Source: Lingula anatina (lineage: Eukaryota > Animalia > Brachiopoda). From it: a DNA stretch of 64,000 nucleotides. The notes under the pieces are model-generated. The model did not search any database and was not told the DNA's origin. It saw only the letters and a program-made list of their open reading frames with translations. Positions 37,801-57,117 of the stretch are shown here, one piece after another. The DNA lies in the NCBI GenBank assembly GCA_051362555.1, contig CM120642.1, forward strand, positions 25,482,001 to 25,546,000, read 5' to 3'. Each line of letters begins with the position of its first letter. Position 1 is the stretch's first letter. A program made the translations under genes and the position numbers.

Positions 37801-40800
37801 AGTCACATTTTCTGAAAATCCATGATACATATATTTTGTTATTAAAAATTGATTGTCATTATGCTGTTAACCATTATGTAATATTGCATCAGAATAGAAG
37901 AAAACACAATTTTGGGTGCTGCTGCCATGATGACCATTATGGGAAAACCATGTTACTAATTATTGCCAAACTTTCAAAAAAGAAATACAGGACTAAAATG
38001 CAGCCTGAGTTGGAAAAGCAGTCTAATTGACTTCTTTTTCTGGAAGTTATACATTTTCAAAGTGTGAACTTGAACTCCCATGGGCCTGAAGCCTTATACT
38101 TGTTTCACATTTTACTTACATTGGTATTACCTGTTGAGCATAATTAAAATTTGATGTTGAATTTGCAGTTTAACATAATGTACTTTTGCATCAGAATTGA
38201 CAGTAGCCTATTTTGTTATTTCCTGCCTTTTGTCTGTACATTTGACAGCTTTGCTGCCTTGTTTTGTTTTGCAGATGCTTTCATCATTTGGTTGAAGAAT
38301 TTGAGGGTAGAATGTTGATATACAGACAACAAATAGAGGAAATGGAGAATGCTCTGACAGCTTTAAGTCAGCCCAATATTTTCACACCACAAGGTAAAGT
38401 ATTCAAAAATTTCATTTATGGCAGAAACCGAAATTAGGCTCATTGTTTAGGGCAGTTAATTTTCTTAAGTCGGGCTCACTCTGGGGTAGTCAGTGTAACC
38501 AAATAATAATGTACTATGGTACTACAAAGTGAATGGTAAGCAGGCATAGAAGTTTGAATGTACAATGTGATGGTTGGAAATGTGCAAGAGCTATAGTGGT
38601 GTGGTTCAGAACAATATTGATGTGTTTTCTGATGCACATCAAATTTTCTATTAGGAAGGGGTTTCTGTATTTAAAGTGACATATATCTGTAATTATCCCA
38701 GTTATTTCTATTTCAGAACTTTCTGTATGTCTGAGAAGGTTACATGAGACATTTGTGGCTCTGGCTGCACAGTTACAAGGTGTTCACGAATCTGTGAAGG
38801 TAAAAATATGATATCAAATTTATCTGTTGTAACAGTTGACTTACAGCAAATTGAGATACTTTTCATTTAGTTTCCATGAGGGTGGTTCCTTAGCCTGCAG
38901 TTAAAACTCTTGAAGTGAGATTTTGTACTAATGGATTTTTCTAGCTTAAATCAGCAACTTGTTTTAATTGAAAAGACATTCAGTATAATATATTATTATA
39001 TGATTGTAAAAGGCATTGTATGTAAAAGATATGTTTAATAGTTTATTATAGTTATGATAAGTATACATTTTTGTTTTAAATCTTTGGCAAAAAGGTTCCA
39101 CTTCTTATTTGCTGTAGTCCTCATCCAAGAACTGACAAATTGACATAAGTAGTTGAGGAAGTAAAAACCTATTTGTATGAATGTAATGTCACTGAAGCTG
39201 ACAGTACATCAGCAGCCAATAACAATCTTTTTGCTTGCTCTTTTACAGGCACAAAAAGAACAGTATTTGAATTATCGAAGAATATTTCAAGGAGACAGTG
39301 CAGATATTTTTGAAAAAAGAAAAAAAGCATCAGAAAAAATGGGCATAAGCCAAAGGTCCATGGTGTCTGTTGGGCCAACGCCTTTTACTGGGATGTCAAA
39401 TGTGGCAGCTGTTGCCATGGCAACTGCATTAAACCGAGGGCAACAACCATCTGGTAGGGGAAATAGTTTAAATGTTGCTGAAAACTCTCCAGTGTAGTAA
39501 AAAGCAGGGTAGCAAAAAGTAAATTTATTTGTAAATTTTAAAAAGTTATCTTAAGCATGTGTCATATTTAAAAGTTTTTAAAGTAAAGTATTTAAAGTAT
39601 TCACAAATTTACACTTCAGGGATTCTGATGAGTAGAACTGCTCTGTTTCTTCTCTTTGATTCTTCTCTAAGCTCTGTTATAAAAAGAGTGCATATTACTT
39701 ACAGGTGCCCCACCCACAGTCGGCCTTAGCTCTACACTGGGTACTACCCAGACTGGAACATTAGGCACAGGCTTAGGTATGAAGTTGTTTTCAAATTTTG
39801 TTTTAGTTATTAACCAAGCCTAACCATGGGTGATAAAATTTCAGTAGATTCTACATGCATACCAGCTTGTGAATATTTTGATAGTATAGTTTGTTAAAAA
39901 AAGAAACATTTATTATTGATTTTATTGACAATATAATACTAAGCTAACCCATGAGTTTGTCTAAAATATATGCACATTTTGCTGTGTTTTTTGCTATGTT
40001 ACACATTTATGCCAAATTTCTATTTCTTATCTGTTTAACCATAAGTGCTTTTAGCAAATTTACATTGAATCATTTTCTCAAGGTTTTGGTACAACAGTGA
40101 ACCCCACCACCCAAAGCAGTGGGTTTGGTGGTGGCACAACTGGCACATTTGGTGGCACAGCTAGCACATTTGGTGGGACAGCTAGCACATTTGGTGGCTT
40201 TGGCAGCAACACCACTGGAGCCGCTGCCAAACCATTAGGTTAGTTGTGGTAAGCACGTCTGTCCTGTCTCTTGATACCCTCCTTTTCACTTCTGCTGTAG
40301 GCTGGTCTGTTTTTGGGAAATGGTGCTTTTTAGTTTGGGAGGCTAGCTGCTTTTGGCATGAGTTCTTGGAATAGATTTTGAATGCACTGAAAGCTTGAAA
40401 GCCTGGCTAGAACACTGTAGTATAGCCAGTTCATTAATCTGATAAATAAGCTTTTTCTAGATTAATGTGATAATTAACAGTTCAAAGTCTTGTCTTGTGT
40501 GATATTTATTCCTTCCACATTGACAATTCAAAGATGAAATGATTTTTATATTGCACAGACCAGTTTATAGTATTTCAGTGTGCTTAACTATAATGTCACA
40601 GCCAAGATATCAGAATTGACTATCTTTGAAATAGAATAGATGTTTTTTATATCACAAACACATAATTAGTATTTATTCACCTTATTCCAGTACATCTTGA
40701 CAGTGTCTTCTCACTGTTTTAGTTGAGCATGTATCTAATGGTATTCATGGCTGTGAGAAATTGAAGTGTTTGGTTCTTCTTCAGTTAGTGCTTTTGTAAT

Positions 40801-40921
40801 CTGTGTTTGCTGTAGTGTAAAGAGGAATCATTTATGCATGGGAAAAGTTATTTTGTAAATAGAAATTGGGCAATTGGCCTTAAATGGTTATGCAGATTGT
40901 TTTATGTGTCAGATGTTGATT

Positions 40922-40957
<36 letters not shown>

Positions 40958-41199
40958 AAAATTTTTTCTCATGCAAAAATGCAATATCATATGGTATATT
41001 GTACCATTCATGTCAGATATGCATTTGTGTGTGTTGGTTACACTGTCTTTCACTAAAGAAAAAGGACACTGTCTTCTTAGATTAAAACAGACATTTGCCA
41101 TACAGGAAGAATCTTGTGAAAGTGAACCTTACTATGTACTTAAGGTTGTTTTTGTTTTTGTTAAATTTTTTAAACACTTTAATGCATTTATAAAGTGTT

Positions 41200-41276
<77 letters not shown>

Positions 41277-41648
41277 TCATTTTCAAGTACAATAGTCTTT
41301 TTAGAAAATTGATTTTTCTGGTCTTGGTATACAGGCTGAAGAATTCAACAAAACAAAACACTGATATGGCAAACCATCTCTTGTTGTTCTCCAGGGTTTG
41401 GAACTCCATTTGCCGGCAGTACCACAGGAGGTACCTCTGGCAGTTTATTTGGTGCCAATCAAACCCAGCAGACGGCCACCGCCACCCCCTTCAATCTCTC
41501 TGCCTCCACCTCAGCTCTAGGGACCCCAGCACCAACTTTTGGTGCTGCTAACCCCACCCTAGGGTTTGGGGCCAGCTTGGGTTCTGCTGAGAGTAAACCA
41601 TTCCAGCTGCAGAAACCCCCTGCAGGAACCAAAAAGAGAATGCGATAA
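31831..41648 (+). CDS. NUP58: Nucleoporin p58/p45 (FG-repeat central channel nucleoporin), complete, 15 exons
   Basis: Exons 31831-31883, 32344-32387, 33365-33418, 33740-33916, 34176-34334, 34726-34906, 35306-35371, 35661-35835, 36183-36262, 38275-38393, 38717-38799, 39249-39453, 39705-39776, 40083-40238, 41395-41648, all GT-AG and in phase. N- and C-terminal FG repeats; coiled-coil core EEIARMSSKPLFKVQED...GLQRN...PPGLQYENTAP...YRQQIEE...TFVALAAQLQ...GPTPF...AAVAMA; C-terminus FQLQKPPAGTKKRMR resembles human NUP58. Confidence 0.95.
32447..32669. mobile_element. PIF/Harbinger (Tourist-like) MITE with TIRs of about 70 bp, in NUP58 intron 2
   Basis: Arms GGCTTCATTTACATGAAAAATCTATTT...GGTATCTTGTGATCAC and GTGATCACAAGATACC...AATAGATTTTTCATGTGAACGGAGTC; TAA on both flanks (32444-32446, 32670-32672). 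Confidence 0.85.
36475..37095. repeat. About 159-bp tandem repeat, roughly 4 copies, inside the HINE-like element
   Basis: Motif AAAACGCAG.TCAAGTTCGAAAATC.GCATGATCGGGCC recurs with variation at 36544, 36703, 36862 and 37022. Confidence 0.9.
37430..38220. repeat. About 300-313-bp degenerate tandem repeat, roughly 2.5 copies, inside the HINE-like element
   Basis: CATTTTCAA..TGTGA..TTGAA..CC recurs at 37439, 37752 and 38052, with matching downstream segments. Confidence 0.85.
41202..41273. repeat. (AT)n microsatellite
   Basis: Read directly. Confidence 0.95.
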
Positions 41649-42631
41649 CAATCAAAAACATTACAATTTCTATATTGACTTTATATTAGTATAAAAACTA
41701 TAATTATTGTATTGACTAATGCTGTCTGTGAATATCTTCGGGTCCTTTATTGAAGAAAAACTGAACCTGGATTTAGCTTGGTCTTATATCCATCTTTTGA
41801 CCATTCTTTTCAGTCTGTCATTATATAATAAATACTGTGTACTTGGTATTCAGGCTATTGGCAGTCCATAATAAACTGGGGTCACAGGAACATTTTCAGA
41901 TATTTTGCGATTTTCAAATCAAGAAGAACATACTAGCCAGCATGATGAATAACATGTCCATTGTCTATTTATAGAGAACTTTTCATTGTGTAATACATAC
42001 ATGAAGCTGATCAGCCTCTAATGTATTTGCTTGTACTAACAAGAGAAGACAGCAGAAAGGTCAAATTATTTCATCTCATAATTTTTAATCTCATTGAAAA
42101 TAATTGCAGCCAGTGTTTTTCAGGGGAAGTAGAACATATACAGTGAAATATGTATAATACCACAGCTTGTTAATATAGCATACGTATTTGCTTTTGAGAC
42201 AAACATATTTTGCCAACTTATCTAAATATAGTTGTATAGCAAAAATTTGTTTGGATACTCATACATGTAATTTATTGTATAAATGGTGGCAGTATTTGGG
42301 GAACATGGGGAGGTTTAAGGATGTCGTCTGCTGTGGAAACTGCTTACATTCGATTCGATTTCTCCTTGTAATTATTTTCTTCATATTCAGTTTTAGTGTG
42401 GTGTAAACCGTTTTCTTGGTGTTGTAAGTATCCTGTACAGAGGAGTCTCCCGAAATCCAGATATTTGGGCGTTGTATTTATGCCCTCTGGACCCCCCAAA
42501 CAAAACTGCATAACTTCAGATTTAATGAAAAAGTCAACTTTCATCTCTGATCATGGCAAAGTCATATTGTATGTACTTGTATCAAACTAAAATGTAACAA
42601 GGCAATTCTCCAAAATTGCTGAACTAAAACC

Positions 42632-42647
42632 TTTATTGGCCAATAAA
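42632..42647. terminator. Palindromic two-way polyadenylation signal between convergent NUP58 and FAM114A
   Basis: TTTATTGGCCAATAAA is a perfect 16-bp palindrome giving AATAAA on both strands; U- or GU-rich sequence lies downstream on each strand. Confidence 0.55.
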
Positions 42648-43136
42648 TATACTACAACTTCATTAAAAATTTTTGTTAATATACAATTCTACTAGCACCA
42701 TATATCTATTTTATCATATATGAATAAAATACACTATACACTATCTTTTCATTTCAAATAAATCTAGTGCTGCTTTTATCACTTCATAATTTGTACTACT
42801 GGAATATTAGTTGTACATCTATCACAAGTCTCACATCATTTCACATTTATGTAATAAGTACCATAATTTCAATACACTTGGCCCTATATTTACACTCAGA
42901 GGTGATCCCAAACCATCTCAAGTTAACTTAATAATTCTACTTTTTCCTCGTAATTACACAAACGGAATCTTGTTGAAAACGCACAGCAAGAAATCTAGTA
43001 CACAAAAATTGGTATCTGTGGACTCCAGTAGTACTAAAATGGCTTCACATTAAGGAGGTGGAATATGTTAGAGAATGAGTTTTTATGAAGTTTGCAAATT
43101 TTCACTTGTGTACAAGTTGCTATTTTCAAACATGTT

Positions 43137-52535
<9,399 letters not shown>

Positions 52536-54186
52536 GTTGGAAAGGAACCCTCTTGATCAGATTCCTCGTAGGATCAATCACTCATACACTGAAGGAAACA
52601 ATAAGACAACTTTGAAAAGAGACATATGGTAAATACTCAATCTTTTCAGTGGAAAATATAGTGAATTTTACAGAAACTGTATTTTTTCAAGTCACAAATT
52701 AAAATTAAAATTAGAAAAATCTTGAGTGATAGCAACTAAACCTAAAAGCAGGCTACCTTACAATTCTATTCTATATACAAAAAGCACAATAAATGCTTTT
52801 AAAACAGAAACATATTTCAATGTTTCTAAAATCCCGTATCTGAAAAATCGATAATTTTCCCCAATTAAAAGATTGGGTCACTACCGTAATTTTGGAACGC
52901 TAACAATACAAATACACTGCTTCACTAAAATACCACTTACTAGTATGTCTATCAATGATAAAGAATTTAAATCAATAATGAATTATTTTCTAAGAAAATA
53001 ACTATTCATGATGCTTTGATATAAGTGGATGGGCACTGTGCCAAGAACCCAAAAACCTGTTTTTTTTTCATCTCAATGGCATAATATCAATAATACATAC
53101 ATTCCTATAAATATTTAAAGAAGAAAATGAAAAAATTATATCATCATGAGTATTGCCATGGGAATTATCAATCAACAAATGCCTCCACAGAACGTAGTTG
53201 AATGTGTTAAATACATGACAGCGATGTGCTGGTAGTTAATCAATAATATGGACATGGGGGTTCCTCAACACAGAAGTCAATATTTTTCGATCTTTTACAA
53301 TTCTGGGACTTATCATCGACTATCAGCTTTAGCTTTGAAGTAGCCAATTAGTTTCTTTAATTAGCATTTCCTTCTTTGGATAGATTGAACTTTTATTATT
53401 ATTATAATTTTTTTTTTTTTTTGCTTTTAAAAGCCAATTAAAAAAAAAGTACCTGTAATTGGCATACTTTGTCAAAATGGATAGTAAAAAGCAATCACTT
53501 TTACTTCTTTTCAGAACATTAGCATGCAAAAGATTGCTCAGACGGCAATGGTTCATAACAAAACCCGAATTCTAATATAAAGATTTATCCATTAAGTTTC
53601 CAGTAACCAAACAGAAAAGTGAATATCCCATGAACACAAAACAACAAACATCAAATTCAAACAGAACAAGATTTTTAATGCCAGACATTTGTCCAAAGAT
53701 ATAACAGTATACAAAAGAAGTTTTGGTACATTCCATGTACAGACACTGAAAACATTGTAAAGCAATAAAATAGTTGCATTACAAACTACCTAGTAAACAA
53801 GTTTTAAGGAGATGCATAATATTTCAAATAGTAAAAAAAAGAAAAGCAAAGGAATATATATATATATTCATTCTACTGCCCTGAATGTGTTAGATGAGCT
53901 AACTGTCAATAGATATTCTCACTAAGAGTGCATGATTATATTCTACCAATCCAAACACCTACAACTTTTTAATGCTCTCCTCTTCAGACTTAATGGCAAC
54001 TAATATCATTTATTAAAGAATTCAGTAACTAATCATCCAACATTGAAGTAAAAACGTAAGCATGATCTGCCGACCAGTCTTACTGTTTCTTTGGATATTC
54101 TAAAACTTTAATCTTACTACTTTGACAATCTTTAAAGTAACATGCTTTAATTTCCAAGATCATGAATTAAAGTTTTCATCAACAAG

Positions 54187-55380
54187 TCATGTTTCTTGTC
54201 CACCTGGCACAAGAGACACTTGAGGAACAGAGTTTGTTAGATCATCAGTACTCAGATTGCAAGATGGAACACTCTGCTGTGGAGCACTATCAAAAGTTCT
54301 TTTAACAGGAGTGTATTTTCCAATTTTATATCTACAACATATCAAATCTACAAGAAATCCAGAGACATTGTGAATGATTCCAGAGGTTGCAAATATCCCA
54401 CCAACAATGGCACAGAGTCGAACAAGAAACTCCCAGATAGGTCGCCTCTCTTCTGTGACCTTCACCTTGATTGGAGACATATCGTACTTCACAAAAATAC
54501 CAGGGGTTCCGTGACTCCCTGCTGAATGGTTTATTGTCCTATTTCTCATTGTCACAGCATACTGATATGTGTCAATATTTGACCGCAGAGTCTGTACTGT
54601 GGTGGGCACAACCTTAATATAATACTGAAAAACATGTCTGTTATCAGTGGTGACAATCTCATCTCCATCCAGTGGGTTTATTACCCCTGGGGTGGGTGTC
54701 CCAAAGGAGAATGTATCAATTCTGTGTGTGAAATTATATTCAGAGGGTTCCACCATTATTGCTAAATGGGCGTGGCCTCTTGGAATTACTGGAACTGACC
54801 GTCCAACAGTCACATGGAAGTTCCCAGCTACTTTATTCAGAATAAATGAGCCATGGAGTCTACAGGAGTCTCTAGGCCCAGACGGGGCAACTTCCCTAAT
54901 AGGTTTCTCTCCTATTCCACTATAACCAGTCTTCCATATGAAATCCTGAATGGCATGGTACTCATCTCTCATATAGCTGTTAACATGCTGCAGCATTTCG
55001 TGATAGGTTCTTTGATCGGGGGAAAGCTCAAAATGCACATCTTCTTCTTCTAAAGACCCAAAACTGTCAATATTCTGTCCAGTTTGGTCGACTATATCTG
55101 CTCCTATTGCACTGCACCTCATGGCAACAGTCATATCAATATTCAGCTGTAGTTTTTTGTCAAATTCAGTATCAACTTCATACGAGAATCTCAGGTCGGA
55201 GCTACTGTAGTAGCGAATCTCAGATATAATCAGGACAAGAATGAAGGCAAATGTTATGACGGATATTCCCCCTCCTGTTGAGGATTTTTCTACATAATCT
55301 TCTGGGACCTTTGGGAAGGCATCCAACTCCTTGACAACATTAATTGCCTGTTTGCGTTTGGCTACATTTAGACGTAACAT
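54187..55380 (-). CDS. ERGIC2: ER-Golgi intermediate compartment protein 2 (Erv41 orthologue), intronless 397-aa CDS
   Basis: Single ORF: VKELDAFPKVPEDYVE, TM1, YEVDTEFDKKLQLNIDMTVAMRC...GAD, CRLHG...NKVAGNFHVTVG, NFTHRID.FSFG, NPLDG, FQYYIKVVPT, GIFVKYDMSP, FLVRLCAIVGGIFATSG. Good start context (caccATG). Acceptor upstream at 55446/55445; candidate poly(A) signal (minus-strand AATAAA) at 54014-54009. Confidence 0.95.
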   Translation of the reverse strand: MLRLNVAKRKQAINVVKELDAFPKVPEDYVEKSSTGGGISVITFAFILVLIISEIRYYSSSDLRFSYEVDTEFDKKLQLNIDMTVAMRCSAIGADIVDQTGQNIDSFGSLEEEDVHFELSPDQRTYHEMLQHVNSYMRDEYHAIQDFIWKTGYSGIGEKPIREVAPSGPRDSCRLHGSFILNKVAGNFHVTVGRSVPVIPRGHAHLAIMVEPSEYNFTHRIDTFSFGTPTPGVINPLDGDEIVTTDNRHVFQYYIKVVPTTVQTLRSNIDTYQYAVTMRNRTINHSAGSHGTPGIFVKYDMSPIKVKVTEERRPIWEFLVRLCAIVGGIFATSGIIHNVSGFLVDLICCRYKIGKYTPVKRTFDSAPQQSVPSCNLSTDDLTNSVPQVSLVPGGQET

Positions 55381-57001
55381 GGTGCTGTATGGTAGTGAAG
55401 ACTCTGTGTGTGTGGCTAGCTGAGCATAACAAACCTCCCCTCACCTGCAAAGACACCAAATGAAAGGGATTCATTACTGCATAAAATTGATTTTGTGATT
55501 TCAAACAGACTTAATATCTGAAGTTGAAAAATCTATTTTAGATGAACATTTATTTTTATATTTGTACAAAAATGCATTTTTTTTTAAGATCCAAGGGCAG
55601 TTTTGATGTCATTTAACAGAAAAATTGTTTCTTTAGTGAGAAATTACAGCAAATCCCTTTTATATTTTTATTTAAGACGGAAACTTGGAAACCTACACAC
55701 CCAAATTACAAATTATTTTTAAGCAATGTACTACTGGTGAGAGGAACTGATATACTCACTACTAGCCACACAATTATTGCCTCATACAATTCAAAAATGG
55801 CATTTTCAAACATACACAATTATTATATTTGAAGACCAAATTCCAAACTTGTCAGGCAAGATTTCCTAAACCAAGTTTAGATGAATAGTATCAATACTGA
55901 AGTGGAGTAAAATGTATTGTTTAGCAAAGGGTCAATGTGTGCATTGATTCAACGTTGTCAGGATTCTCATTCCAGTCATCAAGATTTGTCACCCATCTTT
56001 GTTCTGCTTATCCAACACTTATTTCACAAACTTTTAATTTGTTTGAGTAAGTTCAACAAATAGAAAATACACTATTTAAATCTATTCTGGGCTTAAAAAT
56101 TTGTCCACGTGACAAAAGTCCAGATTTTTACTTTATTTTATGTAAAGTGCGACTGAATGACTAACATACATAGTATAATCAGCAAATATTTTAATGTTTG
56201 TTTTATGAGTAACACTATACATGAAATATTATTTTACTTTGTTCCTTTTTGTCTCAATAATTTAATGCACATTAAAAACACATACAAGTAGTCTGACTCC
56301 GTCTTTAGCACCTTTGATTATTTCTACTTTATTTTATTTTTATACTTTTTAATATTCTATGGTCGAAAGCCAGTATGCTAATCTGTTAAATGACCATGTT
56401 TGTAACTGTTTAATTAAGCAGGATCAATGTTTCAAAATAATAAAATGCTGGCAGTTTTTCATAAACATATTGATCAAACACAAAAAGAGCATCTGAACTT
56501 AAATTACATTTAAATTTAGCTATCTAAGTTTTGTGGATTTAACCTTATTTAAGCATTTACTTCACAAAGTACATTAAATGAAACTGAAAATTTGATAAAT
56601 GCTGCATATACATGTATACGCAAACGTAACTTTATATTTTTTGCATTTCAATGACTATAATATTACTTCAACTGTTGCAGCTTTATTAACTTTCCAAGTT
56701 TGCTTCATTTTTATAAAGACGTGATCATGATTTCAGCTACTCAGTCGAGTTGCTATTGGCAGGTTTAAGGTTAAAATCAATGATTATGTGCTAACACAAT
56801 ACATTATTGAGCAGTCTGTAACTTGATGCAACTAGCTAGGTCAGACAGGTGCCCTACTAGTACTACTAGTGAAATCCATGAACACGAGTTTTACTTGAGA
56901 TTTTTCCAAGTTTTGCAGCCATTGCACAACCCTAGACAGGTTATTCTGTAACTTAGTATTCGTCTTATATCAGAATTAAGTAAAGCAGGTTGATCACTTA
57001 C

Positions 57002-57070
57002 CTTTAACGCTATATTTACACGTTATTGAAAGTAATGCCACGTCGTCCGTATTTCGAGCTCTGAGTATTG
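57002..57070 (-). other. Putative non-coding leader exon for ERGIC2 and probably FAM114A
   Basis: Consensus donor AAG|GTAAGT (GT at 57001-57000) next to the CpG-containing promoter; no ATG in the segment; both downstream CDSs have acceptors before their ATGs. The 5' boundary is approximate. Confidence 0.65.
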
Positions 57071-57117
57071 CCCACTTCCGTCATGCGCCATGGAATATTT
57101 TGTACACTTCCGGAACA
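57040..57117. promoter_or_regulatory. Compact bidirectional promoter (ZMAT2 / ERGIC2-FAM114A leader) with ETS-type motifs
   Basis: Locally CpG-rich; ACTTCCG at 57074-57080 and ACTTCCGG at 57106-57113 (GABP/ETS core typical of bidirectional housekeeping promoters); divergent first exons about 120 bp apart. Confidence 0.65.

Larger units (their letters stand above)
36384..38265 (+). mobile_element. Non-autonomous Helentron-associated (HINE/DINE-1-like) element with internal tandem repeats, in NUP58 intron 9
   Basis: 5' palindrome TATGTACAGACACA-GA-TGTGTCTGTACATA (36388-36417), (GTCGCC)n microsatellite (about 36432-36464), internal tandem arrays, 3' subterminal repeat TGTCTGTACAT (38231-38241), short hairpin GACAGC-TTT-GCTGCC (38244-38258), T-rich flanks. 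Confidence 0.75.

Noticed and set aside
54187-55380. ERGIC2 as a processed pseudogene
   Set aside because: ORF is full length with conserved motifs, a good start context and its own acceptor; no decay or poly(A) remnant is evident.
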